Below are positions 43,155 through 55,052 of a stretch of 64,000 bases of DNA, piece after piece (position 1 is the first letter of the stretch; each line of letters opens with the position of its first letter). This DNA is from Ministeria vibrans ATCC 50519 (Eukaryota; Protista; Filasterea), in contig CALSCP010002497.1 in NCBI GenBank assembly GCA_943704425.1, forward strand, positions 85,626 to 149,625, given 5' to 3'. Under the pieces are notes generated by a model. The model ran no database searches and was not told the origin of the DNA. It saw only the letters and a program-made list of their open reading frames with translations. The position numbers and the translations under genes were made by a program.

Positions 43155-45862
43155 ATGTTGTCACGAGTCGCTTCAGCTTGTCGACAGCAGACGCCGACAA
43201 ACGTCCAGGCGGCGGCGCGGTCGTTGCGCCTGATGTCCTCCGACGCAAAGCGTACGTTGTGTCCCTCTCCCCTAAAAACCCCTTTTGCGCCCTTGTCCTT
43301 GGCCCTATCGCCCTCCCTTTGGCCCCATTGAATCCTGCATGTTGCCGTGTGCGCTGCTGTTGCAACCCCGGCGCGGATTTCAATTGTTTAAATGAGTTAT
43401 TGAAAAGTGAAAAAAAAAAGTTTTTTTTTTTAATGATTATCTTATTCCTCTCCTTTCTCTGCTCCACAGCGATTGTGACGCTTGATGTCACCAACGACGG
43501 CATTGCCATTGTCCGCATCAACGATACCTCTGCCAAAATGAACACGCTCAACGCGCAGCTGTCGGGTAAGAAGTGTCTCTGTCAGCGAAACAATCTCCTT
43601 TTTTTCTGATGCACTCACACTCACACACACGCACTGTCGCAGGTGAGTTTGCCGATGTGTTTGCCAAGATTGAGGGCAACACGGCCATCAAGGCGGCAGT
43701 GCTGATTTCGGGCAAGCCCGATTGCTTTATTGCGGGCGCAGACATTTCCATGCTGGCCGAGGCCAAGGATGGCGCTGCAGTGGAGGCGCTCAGTCGCAAC
43801 GGACAGAACCTGTTGAACCGTCTTTCGGCGTCGCGCCCCGTTGTCGCCGCCATCAGCGGCGCTTGCATGGGTGGTGGTCTTGAGGTGGCCCTTGCGTGTA
43901 CGTACCGTGTGGCGGCAAACACGCCCAAGACCTCCATGGCCGTGCCCGAGGTCATGCTCGGTCTGTTGCCTGGTGCGGGCGGCACACAGCGCCTGCCGCG
44001 ACTTGTGGGCCTGCCCAATGCGCTTGACATGATGCTTACGGGCAAGAACATTCGTGCGCAAAAGGCACGCAAGATGGGCCTTGTGGACGCGGTGGTGGAG
44101 CCGCTTGGTCCCGGTCTGCGCGAGCCGGCCGACAGCACCCTCCAGTACCTCGAGTCGGTGGCGGTGGACGCGGCACGTGGTCTTGCACAAGGCTCGCTCA
44201 AGGTGTCGCGCGAAAATTCGTTGCTTTCGCTCAAGGGTATGCAACGCTACCTCACCGAGGACTTTTCGTACGGCCGCGACTTTGTGCTCAACACGGCACG
44301 CAAGACGGTGCTCAAAAAGACGCTGGGGAACTACCCGGCGCCGCTCAAGATCATCGACGTGGTCGGCGCGGGTTTGTCGGGCGGCATGCAGGCGGGTCTC
44401 GAGGCCGAGGCGCGAGGCTTTGGCGAGCTGAGCGAGACGTCGCAGAGCAAAGCGCTCATTTCGCTCTTCTTTGGCCAGAAAAAGTGCCAGAAGAACGAGT
44501 TTGGTGTGCCGGCAAAGAAGTCGCAAAATATTGCAGTGCTGGGCGCAGGTTTGATGGGCGCGGGGGTGGCGCAGGTGTCGTTGCAGCGCAAGTTTGATGT
44601 GTTCCTCAAGGACACGACGAGCGACGGCGTCGGTCGCGGCCTCAAGCAAATCTACGGGAATCTGTCGACGGACGTGAAGAAGAAGAAGTTGACGACCTTT
44701 GAGCGTGATGCTCTCATTTCATCGCACCTCACGACCTCCACCGAGTTTGACGCGGGCTTCCGTAACGCCGACATGGTCATCGAGGCGGTCTTTGAGGATC
44801 TCGAGCTGAAGAAGCGCATTGTGAAGCAGGTCGAGCAGATTACACGCCCCGACTGCATCTTTGCCAGCAACACATCGGCACTGCCCATCCGCGACATTGC
44901 GGCGGCGTCGTCGCGCCCCGATAAGGTCGTCGGCATGCACTACTTCTCGCCAGTCGACAAGATGCCATTGCTCGAGGTGATTAAGACGGACGCGACAAGC
45001 AAGGACACGCTCGCGGCCGCCGTTGACGTGGGCCTGCGCCAGGGCAAGACAGTGATCGTCGTCGGTGACGGTCCCGGCTTTTTCACGACACGCATCCTCA
45101 GTCCCATGCTGGCCGACGCCATCACACTCATGGCCGAGGGCGTCGACTTCCACCGCATGGACAAGGTCATGCAGAAGTTTGGGTTTCCCGTGGGCCCGGC
45201 AACGCTCGCCGACGAGGTCGGCCTCGACGTCGGCTTCAAGATTGCCAAGTACCTTAACAAGGCGTTTGCCGAGCGTCTCGACAAGGAGGCGGCGGCACGT
45301 GGCACAGCCGTTCTCGGCGACATGACGGCGAGCAACTTTCTGGGGCGCAAGAGCGGCAACGGTCTGTACAAGTGGGGCGAGCGCGTGCGTGGCAAGAAGG
45401 TCATCAACGAGGGCGCCGTCGCCATCCTCAAGAAGCAGGGCCTTGCTGACCGCAGCGCCAACATCACTGACGAGGAGATCCAGCTGCGTCTTGCCTCTCT
45501 CATGGCCAACGAGTCCGTCCACTGTCTGCAAGAGGGCATTCTCTCGTCGCCCGTCGATGGAGGTACATCAAAGAGAGAAGAGAAACGATGGGTGTGAGAA
45601 ATGATTTTTAATCAACGATGGGTGTGAGGTGATTCTTAATCACATACTAATATGACGACGACGTTTGCTCATAGACATTGGCGCTGTGTTTGGTCTGGGC
45701 TTCCCTCCGCAGACGGGCGGTCCCTTCCGCTGGATTGACACGTACGGCGCGGCCAAGCTCGTCGCTCGTATGGACGAGTTTGCTGCTGCCCATGGAAAGC
45801 ACTTTGAGCCGGCTCAGATGCTGCGTGATCTCGCTGCGTCCGGCGGCAAGTTCCACAAATGA
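43155..45862 (+). CDS. HADHA: Mitochondrial trifunctional enzyme subunit alpha, 4 exons
   Basis: Presequence, [71 protein letters not shown]. Confidence 0.96.
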
Positions 45863-45936
45863 AACCCTCTCTTTTCTTGATAATTTTTTGAAAACAATAA
45901 TAATGACTATAATAATATTATTATTTGATGTATGAT

Positions 45937-46598
45937 TCAATATTCTGCCCCAAGATTATGCTTTTCGTTCCACAAGAGCCAACTTCCTTTGTAGTTGCGG
46001 GTTCTACAGAAAGCACACAACAAGAAACCCCGAAGGTGACAGTTAGTGCATGGTTCCCATGGCACACAGGGGTACTTGAATCCGTGGGAGGCAGCAATAG
46101 CGCACGCTTGGTGTGATCGTACGCCGCTGCGACAGTACATGATGACCGTACAGCTCTCTGTAGGTTTTGGTCTATGAAAGGCTCTTCTCCAGTCGTCGTC
46201 GTGCCACTCATCAAATGCTGTTTCCACCTGACTGACTGAGAAGAGAAGAACCAAACAATAGCAAACCAGTGAAAACCAAAACTAATCAAACGACAATGGA
46301 CGGCCCTCTTACGTGGAATGTTGATGCTTGAAGGAACCTTGCCGAGAGTGAGCTCTGCAGGCTCGCGCACGTCGATGACATAGACTTGATTTTCCTAAAA
46401 ATCATAATAAGAAATAATTTCAATCACGCATATGAGTTTGCGGTCGTCGCGTACTCCCTGTCCGAGGCAAACGAGCGTGTTGAACTCCGCAAAGGGCACA
46501 TCTGGACCGATGGATCCGGTGGAGCTGTACAAGCGGCTCACCCGCGGCCGTACGGACACGCCAGTGCGCGCAATATTGACACAGAGATTTCGAAGCAT
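45937..46598 (-). CDS. Single-domain rhodanese/sulfurtransferase with a mitochondrial presequence, about 4 exons
   Basis: IDVREPAE, GKVPSSINIP, YCRSGVRS active loop, NYKGSWLLW. Confidence 0.88.
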
Positions 46599-46859
46599 TG
46601 CGAGAGCCGGACTGACTGTTGAGCGTGTGAGTGAGTGTATATGTGGAGATGTAGGGATGTGGTAGCTTGCAGCGGGGAGTCGTGGACTGGATGACTAATA
46701 ATTATTATTATTATTAGGAATAACTTAAGTGTAACTCATTGTCAAGTGTACTGCTCAAGGAGATAAAGGTACAATATAAATTACTACAATGAAGAGACAT
46801 AAACAAACTATTAAGAATGACTTCAAACTTCAATATGTTATTTTACATACAAAGACGGG

Positions 46860-49176
46860 TTAGTAGAGCCATGAGTGGTTGGGGCGCGTCGAGGACCCTG
46901 CTTGCCTTCGCATGGAGAGGTCTTTGCTAAAGAGAGGATGATCAAAATCGTTAACAATGATCACGGAGGGGGAGAGCACGTCGGGAATGTTGACGAGGGA
47001 CGAGTCGAATTTGAAGGTATGAAAGAGCATAGCCTCAACCGTGCTGGTGGGGACAATAGCAACGCGACCGCCGAGAGTGGTGGAGTGGGCCGGGACGCCA
47101 GGAGTGTTGAGGCCGTAAGCCAAAAGAAGGTGCTCTCCCGAAGGGTGCAAACCAATACTGAGTTCGGTGCGGTTCATGTGGCGTGCACGGAAGCGAAAGA
47201 GACGCGATGTGGCAATATACTTGACCGTGGGACTGATTTTCTCGGATTTGCCGTCGTCCTGGTTGCTGTTGTCGCTCTGTTCCGTGTTGGGCTGTACACC
47301 AACGAGGAAGAAGAAGTGATAATGGAAGGGCTGACCGGTCGACGAAGCGTTAGTGCTGAGGTGGGCAATACCCAGGTAGCGTTGCATGGAGTCGTCGGCA
47401 GGGGCGCTGTCGGGCTTGGCGACGGGAATGGGCGTGCCGTGCATGTGCCAGGTACGTCGGTAGAGCTCGTGTTGAAGACAGAGCGACTGGTCCAGATGGA
47501 AGTAGGGATCAAGGTTGGAGCGAATGTGCTGCTTCTCTGTCGCAGCAAGCACGCAGGTCTCCTCAAAGGTAGTACGGTCGAGAATGGTGGTACTAGAGCG
47601 CCCAAAGGGCTCGTAAATGTACCGCGAGAGCTGTGAGAGCTGTTTGGTCGAGGGCAGACGCCACACTTTGGAGTCAAAGTCGTTAATCAGGTTGTCGGGA
47701 GCGGTCGCTTCGGCGAGAAAGCGGCGGTCTCGCGAGTCAACGCCGCCACAGGAGGAGACGCGAAAGGAGTCCTCGGTGGCAACCGGCGGCACGGTTGTGG
47801 TGAGGGGTCGGGTGAGCACATTGTAGGTGGGTACACTCGTGGGCACATCGGTGAGACGTACAATGTGCCGTTGGCCGCGGAAGGAAAATGAGGAGAGCTC
47901 GAGGACGGTGAATGGGCAGAGATGACGCACATAGGCAAACGAGCTGGGACCCGTCTGGATGTGGGTCCAGCCAAACTCGTGGTTGGATGGCGACTCAAAG
48001 GCGCCCATGTGGACGCTTTCGCCAAAGACGGGCCCCACATCCGGCATCGGCGTGTGAATATAGTAGCGTGGTGTCGTGTAATTGTGCCACATTCGCCAGC
48101 GGTTGATCTGTGCCGGCTCGGCAAGCGTTTCGTCGACACCCGCCTCGAGGGACGCCGCAACGCTGATGGGAAAGAAGAACTCGCGCTGCTTGCCGCACGT
48201 CGTCGACGACTTGATGTACATGCGGTCGTGGAACCAGAAAACGCCGATCGAATTGACCTGAAAACAAATATACAAAAGAGTAATATATAAAAAACAACGG
48301 AGCTGTGAGCTAATAAGATGATACCTTTGCACAATGTGTTGTGAGAAGACGCATGTAGAGAAGGCGTCTTTCGTGGACCATGTCAAGGTCCATGTGACTG
48401 AGAGTCGATGGAGCAGAGTGGTATCCCGCGAGATGTGTCGTGAGGCCGTGTGGGACAAGCACACCCGTCTTGAGATGCATCAGGGCAACGGTGAGATCTT
48501 GAGGAGCGCTGTCATTGTTGCCTGTCTGGATGCGCCAGAAAAGAAAGACATAGCCGGGTAAGCGAGGGGCCGCCGTGAGGTAGGGTTCGGTAAAGAAGGG
48601 TTCGGGGGGCGACGGAAGACTGCGGTCGCAGCCTTGGTCGTTGGCGCGAGGAATGACCATCGCGGGGGGAGCCATGTCGCTGCAGACCATCTTCAGGTCG
48701 CTCAGCGGCGCAACGCCCAGATCGGGAATGCGGTGGGACAGCGGATGTTCAAGGGCTGGCGGCAGAAGCCTGCGTAGGTTAGCCTCGTGATGGCGCTGCG
48801 CTTCCGTTTCGAGAGCGAGACGCTGATCAACAATAATTAATGGATAAAAGGGAGAAGAAAAAAGGATGTCACAATGTCAAAATACTGCGCAGTCGCTACA
48901 AAAGCGCTTTTCCTTACAAGTGTGCGTTGGACGTTGGTCTCAATCTCCACAGGGCGGGTTTTCGCGTTTTTATATGCCAAAAGTACGCTGGAAAAGAGAG
49001 GAGTTCAGAGATCGAGAGAGATAAGACAATGTGTATCATCAATGAGTCACTCACTGTGGCACGTGCACGCCCCGCTTGTGCTCGTCGCGCTCCCTTCCAG
49101 AGCTGTGCCAGAAAAACCCCGTCGAAAGGATTCCGATCAACACCATCAGCACCACCATTTGGCGCTGACGACTCAT
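46860..49176 (-). CDS. Type II membrane protein with a possible beta-propeller glyco-enzyme domain
   Basis: N-terminal anchor MSRQRQMVVLMVLIGILSTGFFW, Pro-rich stem; C-terminal HGTPIPV, YLGIAH, YHFFF and LLLAYG resemble five-bladed propeller glyco-enzymes. Confidence 0.6.
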
Positions 49177-49295
49177 TTTGTGGAAACTGAAAAAAATTCT
49201 GAAATCTGATCATATTTTTCTGATTTCACACAGAGAGACTTTTGACTTTTTTGAGGTTCCACTTTTCAGTGAGTTTTCACTTCTTTTGTTTTGTA

Positions 49296-49479
49296 ATGAA
49301 CCGTGGAGCTTTTATCCTGTTTGAAGGATTGGATCGATGTGGAAAGGTTCGAAGGCGAGAAGGATAAAGGGACAACTCTCTGATGTTATGTTTTCAGAGT
49401 ACGCAAACGCGTCGTTTGGTACAAGCGCTCAATGACCAGGGCATCAAGGCATCGCTCTCTGTGTTCCCAGGTGAGAGAG

Positions 49480-49516
<37 letters not shown>

Positions 49517-49675
49517 GATGTTCACTGCGTCCAAATATCTCTCACAATAATGTCGAACCATTGCAGACCGTACAACAATGATTGGGCAGATGATCAATCA
49601 GTATCTTCAGAGCAAAGTGAACATGGCCGACGAAGCCATCCACCTCTTCTTCTCCTTGAATCGCTGGGAGGCCTT
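49296..49675 (+). CDS. DTYMK: Thymidylate kinase, 5' part only (3 exons); remainder absent
   Basis: MNRGAFILFEGLDRCGK|STQ...FP|DRTTMIGQMINQYL...IHLFFSLNRWE; not in the ORF track because the exons are short. Confidence 0.9.
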
Positions 49676-49682
49676 GTACGAA

Positions 49683-49686
<4 letters not shown>

Positions 49687-49762
<76 letters not shown>
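49687..49762. repeat. (GA)n tract at the DTYMK truncation point
   Basis: Directly visible. Confidence 0.95.
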
Positions 49763-49765
<3 letters not shown>

Positions 49766-49864
49766 TGTGTGTATGTGTGTGTGTCGGTGAATCGTTGTAT
49801 TAAACAAACAGAGAAGATGTCTCTCTCATTTTTTTCTTCATCAATCATTTTTTGTAACTTTTGT

Positions 49865-51470
49865 ATGATCCGAATCAACAAGGCGGTCACCATCACTGTT
49901 GTGGTGGGCGTCGCCTTCGTTCTCTTCAACATCGGATATTATTACCAGAGCACCGAATGGGAACATGTACAATACACATTTGGCAACCTCTCATTAGCCA
50001 TCGATCGTGACGCCTCCTCTCCCCTCCTCTCCTTTGTCTGATGCTGTAGCGCCGCCAACAGGAAGTGCTGCAAATGAGAAAGGCACTGGACGACATTCAA
50101 AGAGAACAAGACTCGTTGCGTACGACACACTCACCTGAACGCACGTCCAGCGACAGCCCACTCACAGGCCTTTCCCTCATGTATAGACCGCACCGCTAAT
50201 CTTGTCGATGCCACCAACCCCGATGCAAAGGTCGATCTGAATGCGATCCAACAGCTCGAAAGCAAAGTGCGTCTTGAAAAACTCAGAGGTAGCGAAACGC
50301 TTTCTTTCCCGTCCTCCCATGAGCTCATCTGCTCCTTCTCCTTCTCCTTCTTCCTCTGTATCAGCGGATACTGCGCTGTTGGAGCTTGAAACGCTAAAGC
50401 AACGCGGAGAAGCAGAAGTGGCAAAGGCAGCAACGCAACCTGACACGGCACACTCCGATCGCATTCCCGTGCTGGTCATGTCGTGCAACCGGGTCGAGAT
50501 CCGTCGCTGTGTGGCTGCGCTGCTTCAGCATCGACCGAGTCACCGGTTTCCCATCATTGTTAGTCAGGACTGTGGCGATGCCAAGACGCGCAGTGTGATT
50601 CGCGACGAGTTTGGCGCGCAGGTGACGCTGCTCGAGCAGCCCGATCTCAGCAAGATTTCGGTTGAGCAACGCTTCCTGCAGTTTACCGGCTACTACAACA
50701 TTGCGCGACACTACCGCTGGGCGCTTTCGCAAGTGTTCGACGTGCTCTTCTACTCGGCGGTGATCATTGTCGAGGACGACCTTGAGATTGCACCCGACTT
50801 TTTTGACTACTTTGCAGCTACACGTCCCCTTCTCGACCAAGATGACACTCTCATGGCCGTCTCGGCCTGGAACGACAACGGCAACGACGAGTTTGTCCAA
50901 TCGCCGACGCGCCTTTATCGCTCCGACTTCTTTCCGGGCCTCGGCTGGATGCTCACGTCGCGACTGTGGGCCGAGCTCGCCCCTAAATGGCCCAAGTCCT
51001 TCTGGGACGACTGGCTGCGCGAGCCGGCTCAGCGCAAAGGGCGCTCTTTCATTCGCCCTGAAATCTCGCGTGTGAGCAACTTTGGACGTGTTGGCGTGAG
51101 CAAAGGACAGTATTTTGACGCACACGTCGGGCGCATCCAGCACGTGCGCGAGCCAGTGCCCTTTCTCACTCTCAACTTGGACTATCTGCTCAAGGACCGC
51201 TATGACCCTGCCTTTCACTCGGCCGTCTACGCCGCACGCACCGTCAGTCTTGCACAGGCTCGCGCCGACTCCACATCGACCGACGACATCCGCATTACAT
51301 ACACGACGGACCGTGAGCTGGCACACCTCGAGAAACAGCTGGGGCTCATGGACGACGTCAAGGCGGGCGTTGCGCGCACCGCCTACCGCGGTGTTGTCAC
51401 ATTCTACCTCAACAAGAAGCGTCGCGTCTTTCTTGCCCCTCCTGAGTCATGGTCTGGCTATGCGCAGTAA
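49865..51470 (+). CDS. MGAT1: Alpha-1,3-mannosyl-glycoprotein beta-1,2-N-acetylglucosaminyltransferase (GnT-I, GT13), about 4 exons
   Basis: Type II anchor, VMSCNR, FPIIVSQDCG, GYYNIARHYRWAL, VEDDL, SAWNDNG, RSDFFPGLGW, FWDDWLR. Confidence 0.96.
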
Positions 51471-51577
51471 CAGTAGTATATTATAGTATAAAATAATAAA
51501 GACATGCGATAAGAGAGGGTGTTTGTGTATTGAAAAAAGGTTAATAATGTAATAATTGATATGACGTATTATGTGGC

Positions 51578-53559
51578 TCAGTCGTCGGCAAACTCGTCGA
51601 CTTCGTCCACGCCATCGTCGTCGTCGGCCATGGCGCGGCGGCGCACGTCGAGAATCTGGCCAATAGAACCCTTGGCGAGCAGTGCACCCATGGACCGTGT
51701 GAGACTGTCAGCGGGGGACTCGGTGCTGCCCGAGGCAGGTGAGGCTTTGTTGGAGGACACCTGCTTGAGACCCTTGCGTGCACTGGCGAGACTGGCTGGC
51801 GAGAACATCCCCGAACTGCTGGTGGTGGTGGCACTCGAAGCGGCAGGTGGGGAAGCAGAACGGGCAGTGACCTTGGATGCAACGGAAGCAGGCGTTTTAC
51901 TGGAAGCACTGTCCATGCTCATAGTCGGAGGTGGAGGCGGAGGCAGGGGCGCTGACGGGGGCGGGGGCGGAGGAAGAGGCGCTGACGGAGGAGGTGGCGG
52001 AGCAGCTTCATCCTCGGTGGTTGTTGACGTGACTGCATTCTTCTTCTTCGTTTTGGTGGACGCTCGTGTTGTCGCTGCAGTCGTCTTCTTTTTCACGCTT
52101 TTCTTCACCACTTCGACTACTTCTTCCTCCGATGATTCCTCCTCTTCCTCGCGTTCATGTTCGTCCTCCTCATCCTCTTTGTCGCTCTCATCTGCGTCCA
52201 GTACTCCGCGCCAGGCCGGTCGCGCGTTGTAGCGAGCGCAAATATCGTCTGCGTCGGACAGGAAGCTCGACACGGATGTCTCACGCACCGCACTTGCAGT
52301 GGACGCCGCTGGCGTCGATGTCGTCGTCTGCTGCGCCTTGCCTCGCCACGGCTTTTCGGGACTCGAGCGACGACGGGCCTGCTTGCGTCGCTCCTCTTCC
52401 TCTTCCTCCTTGCGTCGCTTCTGCTCGTTCTGTTCCTTGCGGAAACGTGCGACGCGCTGTCGTGTCAGTTTGAGTGCCTCTTGTTGCTTCATGACGGCAA
52501 GTTGCTGCTCGCGCTGGCGTGCCTCGCGTGTCCGTTGTATCTTACTGTGCTCCGCATCGTGGCGTGCCTTGTCGCGAATGGCCTTGTACCGTGCGTCAAT
52601 ATCGCGGCTGAGACTATCACATGTGTCGCGGGCCTTGGCCAGCTCACGTGTGAGCTCCTCCTCGCGCGCACACGCCTCTTGGAACATCTTGCGTGTGTGG
52701 TCCGTTGCAGAGGCTGCCATGAGCACGCTGTTGGTGCCGTCACGGAAGCGACCGGCGCCGCCCATGCTGCTGTTGACAAGGGTCGAGCCGGAGCCCGAGA
52801 GAGTCAGTGACGACATGAGCATCGACGAGTGTCCAGCCCCATTATTGACATTGTAGCGACGCGACGGATCCAACTGTCGCTTGCGACACCGCGCCGCATT
52901 CAACTTGCTCGTCAGGTGGTCCGCCACCGACTGCCAGAGGGTTCGTCGCGCGTTGAGTTCGCGACCAAAAGCATTCTCCTGCGCCTCGACAAAGCCCTGC
53001 AAGAGCTTCCCGTTGGTGCAGGTGCTCACAAGGCGATGAGCCTTGGCAACCGCATCGCGTTCGCGACGCACTCGCAGCTTGAGCGTCTCCTGGTGCGTGC
53101 GTGCGTGCACATCGTGCAGTCTCTCGTGCGTCACCAAGAGCGCCTCGTGTGACGACAGAATGGTGCCGTTGGTCAGGTCGCTGACCTCGTCGAAGAGCGG
53201 CAGGAGATTGCTGGTGCGGTCGCGCACGTTGCACGCTTCACTTTCGAGCTGCTGCAGGTCTTCTTCGGCGCGCGAATCAAACCGTTTTGAGTCGCGAATG
53301 GCCGCAACCGCCCGCTCAATGCGTCCCACCTGATCATCGGACAACTCCGTCACGGCCTCCACCAGCTGCTGTGTCATACTGGCGGGGTCCCGTCGCTGTC
53401 GTCGGTCCTCACCTCGTCGTCGTGTCGCTACTGATTTTCTGCCGCTACCCTGACCAAAGGCCCGCTGCTCTTCTTCTGGACAGCTGCTTGCGTCCGAGTC
53501 GGTTTCGTCGTCGTCGGTCACAATCTGATTCTCGCTGTCGTATCCTTGGTGGTGGGGTT

Positions 53560-53597
<38 letters not shown>

Positions 53598-54579
53598 GCG
53601 GCGTCGTGCTTCTTACTATTTTGTTGATCATCATTGTCTTCGTCGCCTTCGTCGTCTTCGTCGTCGTCGGTGGGTCGCGACTTGCCGTAGAGGGAACGCT
53701 TTTGAGTGAACAGGCGCAATTGTTCGGTGAGTGTGACGACAGTGTCGGCGAGCGTCATTAGACGGTACTGATGCTCCGACATGGTGAGGGTACTCTTGCC
53801 AAGCAGTTGTTCCTCGTCGAGGTGCCCCTGAAGCAACACATCGACAACGACGGCCGGTTGTTGCGCGAGCGCACAAGAAATATACGAGGCGACTTTGGCG
53901 CACAAAGCGGCCACGGTCGACGATGACGAAAACATCCACATCAGCCGTCCCCACGGCAGCGACGGCATAGCCAAGTCACCGGGAAGCGCTTCGCCATATA
54001 TCTCCTCAATGCAGCGCGAGAGGGTGTGCAAGGTGGAGAAGGAGCAGTCGCAGTCAAGCGAGCTGGGCAAGCACGACGACCCTGCCAATTCGTCGTCCTG
54101 CGCCGCCCCCCCGCCCCCGTCATGTCGACTCGATCCTCCATGTCCGCCGTTTGCGCTCGGCGTGGCTGTGCGAGGACTGCGGCTTGCGCTACCGTTCGGT
54201 TCCTCTTGGCGGAAATCGAGTTGAAGTTCGGCAAAATGGACGCAAAAACCACCAAATCCTATGCGAACGGGAGAGGAGGGGAAAGTGGCACATCAGACAC
54301 CACCAATAAAGCCCCCATTGCTCCGTATTGTTTTTTTTTTCTCTCTCTTGATTCTTTTTTCTTTCTTGGGTCGAACGGGATTTTTCCCGAAGAAAACTTC
54401 CCGTCCAAAAAAACGTCTTTTCACGACAATAAAAGTCGCGGCAACCCAACTAGACGATGCACACCCAACCACATACCTCCATGGCGACTCCACGGCGTGA
54501 CGGAGACGGTTGCGCGCTGAATTGGCGCGTCAGTCACCTCTGGCTCCAGCACCGCCTCGAAGTTGTCCGTGTCACTCAT
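51578..54579 (-). CDS. WASP-superfamily nucleation promoting factor, WHAMM/JMY-like (N-domain, coiled coil, polyPro, WH2-C-A)
   Basis: PPPPP tracts, WH2-like LASARKGLKQV, connector IGQILDVRRRAM and acidic end DDDDGVDEVDEFADD; ATG 54579 with one intron. Confidence 0.7.
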
Positions 54580-54795
54580 ATTTGATACGTGCTATTGTTG
54601 AATTGAAAGGGCAAAAGATGCTCGTGAAAGAAAATTTAATGAATTTTGTTGAATGAAAGAATAAAAAAATCAAAACTCACAAAAGTGTCAAAGTATTATT
54701 ATTAACTATTTTTGTGAAATTTCTGAATAGAAATTATTTTTGATTGATCTGGTCATCCAGCACGTCGACAAGTGACTCGTATACACTGTGCAGGG

Positions 54796-54998
54796 ATGTC
54801 ACGACGGCCCCCGGGGAACACGTCGCGGGTGCGTGCCGAGGCGTTGTCGCGTTCGCTCAAAGTCAACAGTGGATCAGTGCCTGCGCTGAGTCGCCCACAT
54901 TCGCGGACGTGGAGCCACAACGGCGCCAAGTACAAGGAAGGTGCGCCTGGCGATATCATCACGGGAGTTATCGTTCTTTTTTTGTCGAACAGTCAACG

Positions 54999-55052
<54 letters not shown>

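Noticed and set aside
43621-45539. Long antisense ORFs opposite HADHA (also opposite ITPR, MGAT1 and the STAND gene)
   Set aside because: Expected shadow ORFs of GC-rich codon usage, with no recognisable motifs.
45584-45630. Short direct repeat AACGATGGGTGTGAG in the last HADHA intron
   Set aside because: A small local duplication with no evidence of function or of a mobile element.
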